Source: the human T2T-CHM13v2.0 reference genome, Homo sapiens
DNA: 64,000 nt
Reading direction: 5' to 3' (one strand)
Assembly (NCBI RefSeq): GCF_009914755.1
Contig: NC_060935.1
In this document: one piece after another, positions 41,124-64,000 of the stretch
How positions within the stretch are numbered: position 1 is the first letter of the stretch
Layout: each line of letters begins with the position of its first letter
The notes under the pieces: generated by a model
What the model was told of the DNA's origin: nothing
Seen by the model: the letters and a program-made list of their open reading frames with translations, nothing else
Database searches by the model: none
Translations under genes and position numbers: made by a program

Positions 41124-41709
41124 CAAACTAAGAATTTCTGATTTCTTTCCTTTATTCTTCTTCCTAGGGTATGACACAGGTAAAGGATTTAGACAGCACA
41201 GGACCAGTTGATCACGGCAAGATTTGGTGAATAAAGTGAAGGAAACGACTTCAGAGGTCCTTTTCCATATTGTGGGACTTACAACTCAGAACTTGCAGCA
41301 AGAATTCTGAGTATGTATGAGGTCTGCAAGGCGTTTGTGACATGTGATACATTGGTGACCTGGGTACCAGCAGAGATTCTTGAAGCTTTGACTAATGACC
41401 TGACATATGTATTTCAATTTTTGATAATCATTAAATAAATGAAGTAACATGTTAATATATCTCTTAATAAGCTGAGGGCTTAATGAAGCCCTTTTTGATT
41501 TTGTATATTCATGGATTATATTTTTTATTGCTAAAATGAGACAATTTTATTCATGTTTCTCATCTTCAAAGATGTAAAATCTGTAAATACTTGTTACATC
41601 AATGGGCAGATGGGAAAAGAATGACTATTGCGATAGTGATACCACTTGGTTCTCTGAATTCCTCTGAGCTATAGGCTAAAGATGACATAGTGATTTATCA
41701 CTCAAAATT

Positions 41710-42677
<968 letters not shown>

Positions 42678-42680
<3 letters not shown>

Positions 42681-42885
42681 AAGGTTGACCCTTGAGCAAC
42701 ATGGGTTTGAACTGTGCAGGTCCACTTACACACCGCTTTTTTCAACCAAATGTCAGTTGAAAATGCAGTGTTTGAGGCATGTGAAACTTGTGTATATGGA
42801 GGGCTGACCTTTTGAATATAGGGGTTCCACAGGGCCGAATGCAGGACATGAGTTTGTGCAGTTTTTGATATATGTAAGGGGTGAT
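42678..42885. mobile_element. Tigger-family MITE (MER2/MER8-like)
   Basis: gttgacccttgagcaacatgggtttgaactgtgcaggtccactta. Confidence 0.65.
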
Positions 42886-44399
42886 ATTTTAAACATTATT
42901 TTTAATGATTTATCAGCCACTGCTAAATTAAGACCTCCTTTGAGTTTATTAAAAACGATAAATTAGATACCACTTGATATGGAAAAAATGTTGTTATCAC
43001 AAAACAATACTTTAAATAGTTTCTTTGAAGTCTAGAGATTTCTACCTGCAGAGTCCATGCTCTGTGTTAAGATTCTGATGAAGGATGCATATGCCTTCTG
43101 TCTTTAGTGAAATGGAACGAGAGTGATTATGGAAGGGAGGTAGGAAGGAGAACCAATGTGACCACATGATCCATAAATAGTAAAAGTCTATATGATGTGA
43201 GGATCTCAAAGTGATCCCTTAAAAGTCTCCATCCCCCAAGTGTGTGTTCATCAATTTGAACACTGTGTCCCTAGAATATCCTTGGATGATAACCTCAGCC
43301 AAAAGGACACTTGTGACCAGCACATCCTGCTGAGGACGGGAGTCCAGAGACTGTGTGTCTTGGGGATTGGTAATATTTACCCAACTTCCGACCCTTCTAT
43401 GTCCTTTGGTCCAAGATTCATTAAGGATATTAACAGCACAATGATATTCACTTGGACTTGACCATATGTGAGTAATTATCTTAACTGTGAGAAATGTCAA
43501 TGAAACCAAAGCCAGATTCTGAAGCACACTTTGGTAGCATAGGATAAATAAACATTCCTTATTAATAGACTCAGATTTAGTTTGATATTTTACTTTGGGA
43601 TTGAGGTGATTTATTTTATTTGACTTTCTCTCCCCTTGTTGTTACATAATTGCAATCATTGACATTTACTGCTAGGCACTGTACTGGGTACTTTTCCTTT
43701 ACTAATTCATTTATTCTTTATACAAATCCTATGAGGTAGATGCTTTTTTTATCACCTTATTTTACAGATGAGGAAACTGTGGCTGCAAGGCTAAGCAACG
43801 AGCTGAAAAACTCACAAGTTGGGTATATATCCAGAGAACAATTCATATTCCAAACACCACTTCAGAATTCAAAACAAAGCATACAGCTACCCTATTCGGA
43901 TTCTGATGGGGGCTGCCTGAATTTGTAGAATAATTGAGAATAGTTGACATCTTAAAATTTTCCAAAATTTGCTTCAGAACAAGGTGTGTGTCTCCATTTG
44001 TTTAGATTCCCTTTTATCTTTGTGTAAATTTCACGTAAAATTTCATGATTTTATTGTTAAAAGTTTGTATATTTCCAATACATATGTTTCAGTATATTTT
44101 TGTTGCTACTGTCGTTACTATTGTCGATGGTATAATTTTTTTCCTGTTATGTAATGCAATAGCTGCTTACAGGAAAGTGATTCATTTCCAAATTGGTGAT
44201 CATTATTCAGCTAACTTGATAAACTCATCAGTTTCATTATTTATTTATTTTCTAATTAATATTATGTAATTTTTTTCTTAAGGAAAATAAAATACAAAAT
44301 TATCAGACACCAGAACGATGGATGATGGAATTCATTCAGCATCTATTACTGTACTCCCTAAGTTTCCAGTTGAAATATATAAAAGCCATGATAGATGGC

Positions 44400-51760
<7,361 letters not shown>

Positions 51761-51838
51761 GCAAATCAATATTGACAGTTTTTCTAGTGGATTGTCTTAA
51801 ATTTCCCTGATAGTTGAATAACTATCTATAAATAATGA

Positions 51839-52711
<873 letters not shown>

Positions 52712-53054
52712 TGAGAAGATCTTAAGCCAACCAGGGAAGGAGTAGAGCAGTCATCAAAAGTACCACCTATGAAAACTAGAAAAAGCCCCGAGCAGATGTT
52801 AAGAGCTACAGGAATGATAAAAATATGTGGGAAGCAATCCTCTTTCAGATATACACATCCTTCCTAATGGAATATACAGATGAAGGCCAAGCCCACATCA
52901 GGAAAGCTCTGTTCAACAGCTATGGAAAATTCCTCACCCATCTGTCATCTGTAAGAACCTAAATTCGTGTCCCTGGGTCTGCGGTCTCAGAGACCATGAG
53001 CTGGGTTTCCTCCATTTATTTCAGATAGTGGGGGTGTATCCAGGTTTCCTTAGA

Positions 53055-53399
53055 CAGTTGTGTGTCACTTAGTGACTGGGACACATTCTGAGAAATGCAT
53101 AGGCAATTGTCATTGTGTGAACATCATAAAATGCAGTTATACAAACCTAGATGGCATAGCCTACTGCACACCTCAGCTATTAATAGGTAAGCCTGTTGCT
53201 CCTGGACCACAAACCTGTACAGCATATTACTGTTCTGAACACTGTAGGCAGTTGTAATACAATGACAAGTATTTGTGTATCTAAACATATCAAAACAGAA
53301 AAGGTGCAGTAAAAACACAGTATTATAATTTTAGGGGACCCCTGTTGTATGTGGGGTCTGATATTAACTAATATGTCCTTATGTGGCCCATGAATTGTA
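53055..53399. mobile_element. Tigger3/MER7-like DNA transposon
   Basis: cattctgagaaatgc...aaacctagatggcatagcctactgcacacct motifs. Confidence 0.7.
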
Positions 53400-53547
53400 G
53401 TTCTGAAAATCAGTGATTTTTTTTTTTGAGGGGTTGGCTGTGCTTTAAACTAGGAACTGGTAATGATCCATGAAATGTATGACAGGTGGGACAAGGTAAT
53501 AGTAGTCAACATTTATTGAGCGTTTACTACATGTCAGACCTTGTTAA

Positions 53548-53997
<450 letters not shown>

Positions 53998-55451
53998 TAG
54001 ACATGGATCTGAACCCTCCTAGCCATGGGCTTTGCCACTGGACCTTCCACTCCTTAGGGTTGGAGGCAGAGGTGGCATCAGGGGCTTCCCCACCATTTTG
54101 GGTGATGGAAGTGAGAGGCATTGTCGCCCTCAGCTGGGACTCAGCCAGACCTGCCAAGGTGTCTCTGATGACACAGACCATAAGGTCCGCTTCCTTCATA
54201 AAGGTCTTTCTGGGTGGTTCTCAGTCCTGCTGCCCATCAGACCCACCAGAGCAGTTTAAACAGAAGAGGACCTCGCCCTAGAACTACTGAATCAAAATCC
54301 CCAGAAAGGGAAGCCTGCGGGGAGTCAGTATAGTTTAAGAGCCCCAAGTGATTTGATTGCAGAGCAGAGAATGGAAAGCTCTGGCCTGGGCTGTGACTGT
54401 TCTCAAATGTGTGTTCACTTAAGAGCCAAATTTCTGGTGATTTCCTACTCACCAAATGATGGCACTGCAGTGGAAGGGCAGAAGGGTGTCTATTGCTTTT
54501 GCTGGGGATGGCCTTCGCTTTCCATCAACAATGAGATGACCCAGGCAGCAGAGCTGGGTTAGAAGTGGAAAACTTGAGCCCAGAGGTTAGAGGGAAGTGA
54601 CCACCCACCCTGTTCATCCATCTCTTCCTTTCCATTATCGTCCCTGCCTAGAAGCGAAGACCAGTATTTCTGATGCCTGTTTGCCTCCAGACACCCCAGC
54701 AGCTCCTTGGGTAAAAAAAGTTGGGCAATTTAATCATCCCATCAGCCCTATGAGGAGATATGGGTGGCTAGAGGTCACTGGAGGCTTGCTTTTAGTAGAC
54801 AGAAAATTTGAACCTGTGCTATGTTGACAACTCCACCCATAAATAAAGACACAGATCTTGGAGTGAGACAGAGTAGAGGACAGGGGGAGTGGTTGTTTTC
54901 CCCAAGGAAATCCTCCAAAGGTGGGGTGTATTCAGCTATGTTTTAGGTACCTATGTGGTGAAGATGGTGGGGATGGAAGGGGCTGAGTGGGAGGATAGGT
55001 CTGGTTCAGACTTGATCTATGTGCAGCTGAAACACGTGTGGCTGATTGTCAGACATGCAGTGGAGGTCAAAGTGGGGTCTCTTCTGTGCCTGCTCTCCTA
55101 TAACCAAACCACAGCCCCTAGCTTCCTGCACCCCCGGTTTCTGTCCTCCTGAAATGAGAACTCACATTTGCCCTTGCACTGACATAAAGAACAGAGAGAT
55201 AATCCTCAAAAGCCCAAAAGCAAACTGAGGTTCCAGGGAACATTGCCAGAGGCACCTGGACACTCACCTGGAGCACAGAGCAGAGTTTCTGCAGGGCTGC
55301 CCTCCCGTGCTCCGCCCCACTCAGGATTCAGGGAGGTGTGGGGATGTGACACTGATGGATGGCAGCAGCCCTGGCTAGGAAGGGAGGGCTGGAAGCCAGG
55401 CCTCATCACCTGCCAAATGCCCATGTGGGCAGGACCAGCCAGGCTCCCTAG

Positions 55452-55460
55452 GTACAAATA
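55452..55460 (+). promoter_or_regulatory. TATA-like/forkhead-like element GTACAAATA of SCGB1D1
   Basis: About 100 nt upstream of the ATG, a plausible TATA position for a short 5' UTR. Confidence 0.5.
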
Positions 55461-55551
55461 GCCCTGGGCTCCACGGCTCCACAGGCTCCCGGGGCTGAGT
55501 CTAAATCACTCATCATTGGTTAAAGCCGAGCTCACAGCAGAATAAGCCACC

Positions 55552-55606
55552 ATGAGGCTGTCGGTGTGTCTCCTGCTGCTCACGCTGGCCCTTTGCTGCT
55601 ACCGGG
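55552..55606 (+). CDS. SCGB1D1: SCGB1D1 (lipophilin A) exon 1, signal peptide MRLSVCLLLLTLALCCYR
   Basis: Kozak gccaccATG; G|gtgagt donor. Confidence 0.96.
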
Positions 55607-57322
55607 GTGAGTACATCAGTCATGAGTCCAGCACCAGCCCTTGGGACACACCCTTCTCTGAGCACGAGGTCACCTATTAAGGTTAAGGTTGGGGTCTGGA
55701 ACAAACCAAAATTCCAAACCTTATCCTGTGCTTGTTGAAGGAACTGCTCATAAAGCTCGGGCCTCATTTCATCAAATCCCCAGTACCTAGGAAGTTTTGC
55801 AGAAAATCAATGCAGGCGAACGTTAGGAATTCTGCCTGAGCTTCACTCTTGGATGGGATCTGTGTCAGATGATGTAATGTGAGGTCTGGGGTGACTCTGG
55901 GCTCAGCCACTTCTCAGCCCTTTCACCGTGGGCAAGATGCTCACCCTCCCCGCGCCTCCTCCTATCTCTGGTGCTTAGAGCTTCTGCCGGGAGTGGCAAT
56001 GGGAATGGAGTGGGATTATTGTGCCAAGGGTCTAGCTGTGGATGTGAAGCCAATCACTGTACTGTCAGACATTCTCGTCCCCAGACCTTTAGGTGCCAAT
56101 TGAGCTCACAGCTTCTTACATTGTAAATTCAGACTCGTAAAATGTTACATCTCGAAGGATCCTTGGAGAACTCTCAGTCCAAGAAGAGATGGTGCTTTCT
56201 GATTCTCTCAATAAGAAGCCTGCAAATGAATTCTTAGAATAAGCAGCACTCAATATATCTTCTAGGGGTCCTACCGTAATGGTGGTAGAAATACTACAAT
56301 GGTTAGCCTCAGAACTTCTATTTTTCTAAAATTAATTCTGGCTGATTTTTCCCCAGTTCATTTGGGTACTTTCCTTTCCCCTGTCAGGACCGATCCAGAC
56401 TCTGATTTTTCTCTTTCCTCTTCTTTTCTGAACCTCTCCCTGTTTCCCTGTGACACCCCGATCCTACCCTCTCCAAATTCTCCCCACAGTTTGAAGTCGG
56501 GTAGTCAGGGGTCATGTTGAGCATGGTGGGGCGCTTTCTGGATGCATGGTGTTTGCAAAAGACTTAGGTGAATGGAGATTCCAGACCAAGCAAAATGATT
56601 ACTCCAGGTCTTTCCAAAATTCCCAGTGGGAGCAGGAATGAGCCTCAGTTCCCTCCTCTCATCCTCTCCAAATATTCTAGATGCTGCTGCAGAATATGGG
56701 CCAAGTACAATTTCCTGTATAAGCTTCTAATGTGTGTTAAAACTGATTCACATTATTTTATTTTGTTTTAATTTGTTTACCTTTTAGCTCTGTCTGTATT
56801 GAATCACATAAGCCTAAATTCTACAACTTGTTCTCAAAACATCACCTTCAACATTTCAATAATTTTAACTTCTTCTGTTCCAGATTTACTCATTTCTCTA
56901 ATTTCTGATAGGATTCTGACTCTACCATTCCACTTCAAAATTTGATTACTCAAAGCCTCCTCTTCACCAATGTCCAAGACTAATAAAGTGTCACTTAACT
57001 GGCATAGAAAAGTGATTATTTTCAAATCTAGAAAAGAGAACGTTGGCCATCCATCCAGAGAAGCTTTGGAAAGTAATGAGTGTGCTTTAAAAAAAAAACA
57101 AAGACTGAATGAGTGATCAGGAAGTTGGTTCTCCAGTTCTAGCTCTACCCTTTGCTGTGTGACCTCAAGGAAGTCACAACCTCCTGGGTCTGACATTGTC
57201 ATTGGCATAGTTATTGAATAGAAGCCTAAAACCCTGGGGTTCCTGTCTGGTCTGACATCAGGGAGGCATGGGAGAAACACTGATTTCCTTACACAAATTA
57301 TATTTTTATTCTTTTGCTCCAG

Positions 57323-57510
57323 CAAATGCAGTGGTCTGCCAAGCTCTTGGTTCTGAAATCACAGGCTTCTTATTAGCTGGAAAACCTGTGTTCAAGTTCC
57401 AACTTGCCAAATTTAAGGCACCTCTGGAAGCTGTTGCAGCCAAGATGGAAGTGAAGAAATGCGTGGATACGATGGCCTATGAGAAAAGAGTGCTAATTAC
57501 AAAAACATTG
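57323..57510 (+). CDS. SCGB1D1: SCGB1D1 exon 2 (ANAVVCQALGSEITGFLLAGKPVFKFQLAKFKAPLEAVAAKMEVKKCVDTMAYEKRVLITKTL)
   Basis: ctccag acceptor, TTG|gtaatt donor; secretoglobin fold. Confidence 0.97.
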
Positions 57511-58666
57511 GTAATTTCTGTCTCTTTCATGTGTCCAGGCTTCTGGTCAGCGGCACAGTGTGAAGTGAGGTCAGCTTGCTTGCTGCTCTGTGAGGGACAC
57601 AGGTGGTGGGGCACCTGCCTTACTGGTCACCGCTTGAGAAGGTCACCTGGGACCACAGGGTGGGTGCTACCATTTCACCTGCAGAATTCAACTCAGCTGC
57701 ACACAGCCTCCTGCATGTTCCTCCTTCTCAGGTCACCTACCTGGATGCCGTGTCCCCAGAGTGTGCTGAGGACATGGGGAGTGAGCCTGGGTCCAGGCAG
57801 GGGTGGTGAAGGGCCAAGCACAACTGTCTCTCCACCTGGGGACTTTCCTGAGGCCAAGTGGACCTCACACAGTCACTGTGGAATGTACTGGGGAGTGTGG
57901 GAGCCTTGAACAGGGAGAAGAAGGCAGGGAGGGACCTAGAGCAGGGGCTCCTGCAGATGCTGCGCTGGAGGGCTGGACTTCTCTGCAGCTTCTGCAGAAC
58001 CAGGAAGGAGCCCCTCCCAGCTCCTCAGACTCCACGCTCCCCTCCTCACCCACGATGCTCTCCTGACCACGGCCAGTGGGCCAAGACCCTCGCTACTCTA
58101 CCTCCTGCAGTGCCATGGAAGCGGGATGTTCTCACTCTGTCTTTCTCAAGAAATCAGAGGTTTTCCAGGGGCCTCTCAGCCTGGCTGCCTCTGGGTTGCT
58201 GTCCTGAGGTTTAGCTGCAAATGCTCATGGAAGCTGCAGGCTCAGGATTGAGGTGCTCAGGCCCTGAGGCAGAATTCCCACATGGGGAGGCTGGAGTCTC
58301 CTGGAAGCCAAGCTTCCCAGAGGCCCTCCCAGCCCTGACCAACCTCTCAGCACTGGGTCTTTCATTGCGGGGAACAGGAGACTCCAAGTCCTGGGACAGC
58401 CCAGACAATAACCTCTTGCTGCTCTGCTCTGTCCCCCCTCTATGAGGACCCTGGGCCTTATGCTTGTGTCCCCCCAGGGCTATTGGCCTGGCAAGGAAAG
58501 GCTGGTCTAGGTCTAGGCCCTGGTTTCCCACACACACTGGGTTCCTGCCTCTACCCTTCCAATTGTCTTTGGGAGCAGAATTCCATCGGCCACTTGGATG
58601 TTAAACTGTTGTCTCCAGGAGCCGCATGACCGACCTCACCTTCCTTTCTTTCCTTTTCTATTTCAG

Positions 58667-58696
58667 GGAAAAATAGCAGAGAAATGTGATCGCTGA
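58667..58696 (+). CDS. SCGB1D1: SCGB1D1 exon 3 coding part (GKIAEKCDR*)
   Basis: tttcag acceptor; 55+188+30=273 nt gives a 90-aa protein. Confidence 0.96.
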   Translation, partial: GKIAEKCDR

Positions 58697-58787
58697 GATG
58701 TAAAAAGTTTTTAATGCTAGTTTCCACCATCTTTCAATGATACCCTGATCTTCACTGCAGAATGTAAAGGTTTCCACGTCTTGCTCT

Positions 58788-58793
58788 AATAAA
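58788..58793 (+). terminator. SCGB1D1 polyA signal AATAAA
   Basis: Canonical hexamer about 90 nt after the stop. Confidence 0.85.
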
Positions 58794-59625
58794 TCACTTG
58801 CCCTGAACTTCTCCACTGGTCGTGTTATCCTGCAGTCTTGGGCCTTGAGTTGAGAGTGGTTTCCATAGGGGAGTGGCCTTTGGCTGACAATCAACTCCAG
58901 AGAACCAGCATCCCGTTATCAATGGGGCCTGAGTCCAGGCATCCCAGAAGGAAATATTTGGTAGGAATCATCCTGCATTCCTTACAGATTTTCCATCCTG
59001 CAGCCGTAAATGAAAACCATGGTAATGAGGACACAGGAATTACAATGTTCCTGCTGGTCTTGTACTGAGGGAACCCCAAGCCTGCCTGATTGTCCAGGCC
59101 CAGGGTTCCCACCTAGCAGGGACCCTAGTGGATGTCCCCTCAGACCCACAGTCAGCCTGCTTGGTGCCACCTCTGCACTGTGGTTTATCTCCCCTCTCAT
59201 GTCCAGTATACTTTCTTTTCCATTTACCATAATTTGAGGACATCTCCAGGTTTCAACCTGGATTTCACATTTGTTCACTCCCCACACTCAGAGGACTCCT
59301 CAGCGTCTGCATCACTCACCAGCACCTGAGGTGAATGCTTCCTTCCCTCCCTCAAGCCACCCCAAGAGCTCCAGAGACCAGCACCCCCTGCCAATTGGAC
59401 AGCTCCAAGCGCACATTCCACACTCATTTCAGGAGCAGGATGTAAAACTGAACACAGGGTCCGCCCTCAACCTGCTCTCCCTTCCATGAGCCCATCCAGG
59501 CTAAGGCACCCACCCAGCAAGTCCCCTGACCAGGACACAGGGAGACGCCACAGGTTCCTGGCTTGGTGTCCTGTGGCTGCTGCAAAAAACCTCCACAAGC
59601 TTGGTGACTTAAAACAACTGATTCG

Positions 59626-60896
<1,271 letters not shown>

Positions 60897-61707
60897 AAAA
60901 ACAAAACACCAACTGATTCTCTTGCATGTCTGGGGGTCAGAAGCCCAACATTAGTATCACGCTCAGGAGGTTGGAGGCAGGAGGGCTCCACTTGCGCTGG
61001 GGGCTCTCAGGGAGAGTTCACTAAGGGCTGCTTCTGGCTTCTGGGCTGCTGACCGTCCTGGTCCTGTGGCCACATTACTCCAACCTCTGCCTCCATGATA
61101 CATTCTCATCTCCTTTTTCTTCCAGGTTAACGCTCCCCGCTGCGACTTATAATTACAAAATATAGGGTTTGAGTTTAGGCACCACCAGAATATTCAAAAC
61201 AATCTTCCCATCTTATGACCCTTACCTTCATCACATCTGCAAAGTGCTGTTTTTGGATCATGTAACGGAACATTCACAGATTCCAGGGATTAGGAAGTAG
61301 ATATCTTTGGGGGAATGGGGGCAAGAATCAGCCAACCACAGCTCCCCTCCCTCCTGCGCCCTAACAGTGCTCTACATTCTATTCCCTCCATGGCCACAGC
61401 ATCACCTCTAGGAGTCGCTCCATTCCCGTCACACGTCACATCACAGCCCAGTCCACATCCTTCCCAGCTCAGACTAAGTCCCTAAATTGTCTTGCAGCCT
61501 CCGAGAACGCTTCCTGTAATACATCCTCCTCATTCACGCCAAAGTGAGCCCCCTAAAACTGAAATGTGACACTATCATCTGTTCAACAACCCTGCATGAC
61601 CAGAAGGCACTTGTTCTCAAGGGTTTCAAGTAAGGGAACACAATACTGAAAACACACCTTCATAAATAGTGGTTATTTTTATACAGTGGAGAAAATAGTA
61701 GATGACA

Positions 61708-62055
<348 letters not shown>

Positions 62056-62556
62056 TAAGCATTGATCTTAAGGGAAATTTGTATTTTTAATCACATCAGG
62101 AAATATGTACACTTAGAAATAGAACCTAATGTGTGAAACTCATGACCAGTTCAGCCTACTACACACTATGTGTGCTGGAAACAAGGATTCATGGAGTTCT
62201 TCCAGCACTCAGAGACACCTAGAAGGAACCACTGCCGGGGGAGCAAGTCCACACCCTTATGTTGCACACAAGGACTTCCAAGGCCCTTTTCCTGCCAGCC
62301 CCTGTCCCTTCCTCTCCTTTCTCCCAGGTGCTCCATGCTCAGCCATTGCTGTTTATATTTCATTTCTTAGGCCTCACATGAGTCACACCCTTGCACCAGG
62401 GTATATGGGTTTCCCTTTCCCTCTATAGCTTTTTGTTCCTATGACATCTGACAACCCCATCTTTAGAATCCACTTCTCCTCTGTAAAGCTTTCTTGGATA
62501 CTCACATATTACATCAAATCTTTACACACACGTGCATTCACATGCATAGATATCTG

Positions 62557-63490
62557 TTTTTTTTAAATTATACATTAAGTTCTGGGATACATGGCATAAC
62601 GTGCAGGTTTGTTACATAGGTATACATGTGCCATGGTGGTTTGTTGCACCCATCAACCCGTCATCTACATTAGGTATTTCTCCTAATGTTATCCCTGCAG
62701 TAGCCCCCCAACTCCTGACAGGCCCTGGTGTGTGATGTTCCCCTCTCTGTGGCCATGTGTTCTCATTGTTCAACTCCCAATTATGAGTGAGAACATGCGG
62801 TGTTCGGCTTTCTGTTCTTGTGTTGGTTTGCTGAGAAAGATGGTTTCCAGCTTCATCCATGTCCCTGCAAAGGTCATGAACTCATCCTTTTTATGGCTGC
62901 ATAGTATTCCATGGTGCATGTGTGCCACATTTTCTTTATCCAGTCTATTATTGATGGACATTTGGGTTGGTTCCAAATCTTTGCTATTGTGAACAGTGCC
63001 ATAGTAAACATACATGTGCATGTGTTTTTATAGTAGAATGATTTATAATCCTTTGGGTATATACCCAGTAATGCAATTGCTGGGTCAAATGGTATTTCTG
63101 GTTCTAGATCCTTGAGGAATCACCACACTGTCTTCCACAATAGTTGAACTAATTTACACTCTTACCAACAGTGTAAAAGCATTCCTCTTTCTCCGTATCC
63201 TCTCCAGTGTCTGTTGTTTCCTGACTTTTTAATGATTGCCATTCTAACTGGCGTGAGATGGTATCTCACTGTGGTTTTGATTTGCATTTCTCTAATAACC
63301 AGTGATGATGAGCCTTTTTTCGTATGTTTGTTGGCTGCATAAATGTCTTCTTTTGCGAAGTGTCTGTTCATATCCTTTGCCCACTTTTTGATTTTTTTTC
63401 TTGTAAATTTGTTTAAGTTCTTTGTAGATTCTGAATATTAGCCCTTCATCAGATGGCTAGATTGCAAAAATTTGCCAGTTCACTCTGATG
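62557..63490 (-). mobile_element. 5'-truncated L1PA 3' end
   Basis: Antisense L1PA 3' UTR/ORF2 end; flanked by gatatc(c)ctgtttt-like duplication. Confidence 0.88.
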
Positions 63491-64000
63491 GATATCCCTG
63501 TTTTATCATCACTTTTTCTTCCTGTGATACAGGACACATATCATAGCATTGTGATAAGAACATATTACATGAATACTAGAAAGCATTCAACAAATCTTAG
63601 CAATCTTTACTATAATGCTTACAATTAATACCTTTCTGTTTATTGAGCACCCTAATATGCGTTTTGCCAGAAGCCTTCCAAGTTCTGTATGACTTAGTCC
63701 TCACTAGTTCCCAAGAAGGTCTGAGATTGTTCCCACTAATGAACCTGAGAATGACAAATGCTCTACCCAGTGCCCCTCAACACTGGCTCTGTTTTAGAAT
63801 TCACTGGGAAGCTGTCAAAAGCAATCAGTGTCCAGGCTCCATCCGGGGTGCACGTGTGTATTTGTGTGCAAATAGAGTCCATGCAGTCCCTGGTCTTGGA
63901 CCTCCCGCTCTTATAGGTGCAGGCATCCAGTGAACTGGGGAGGGAGTAGCTGGGACAGGAGTCCCCCATGATACTCACAGGACTCCGGACATCACCCGGC

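Noticed and set aside
57268-57909. 213-aa ORF containing SCGB1D1 exon 2
   Set aside because: It is intron read-through on both sides; the canonical three-exon model gives the expected 90-aa protein.

Overview
Human (primate) genomic DNA, recognisable as the chr11q12.3 INCENP to secretoglobin interval. It contains the 3' part of INCENP (+ strand, 15 coding exons at 3399-17538, including a 12-nt CSFV microexon, the SAH helix and the IN-box, with tandem polyA signals). It also contains a 3'-truncated EEF1D processed pseudogene (~34770-35385) and the complete 3-exon SCGB1D1/lipophilin A gene (55552-58696). Repeats are dense: about 30 Alus, several L1s, Charlie/Tigger DNA transposons, solo HERV-K LTR14-type and LTR5_Hs-type LTRs, and an LTR8+PBS fragment. 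The main unexpected observation is a chain of about 14 short + strand segments across ~35.9-54.75 kb. By hand translation they match, in the correct order, the N-terminal half of maestro heat-like repeat (MROH1/MROH2B-type) proteins, and most carry stops or frameshifts. They look like a fossil, intron-containing MROH-family gene that the ORF track does not reveal. It is split by an Alu and a ~7 kb L1, and it ends about 0.7 kb from the SCGB1D1 promoter. All family assignments rest on recalled sequences, not on searches.
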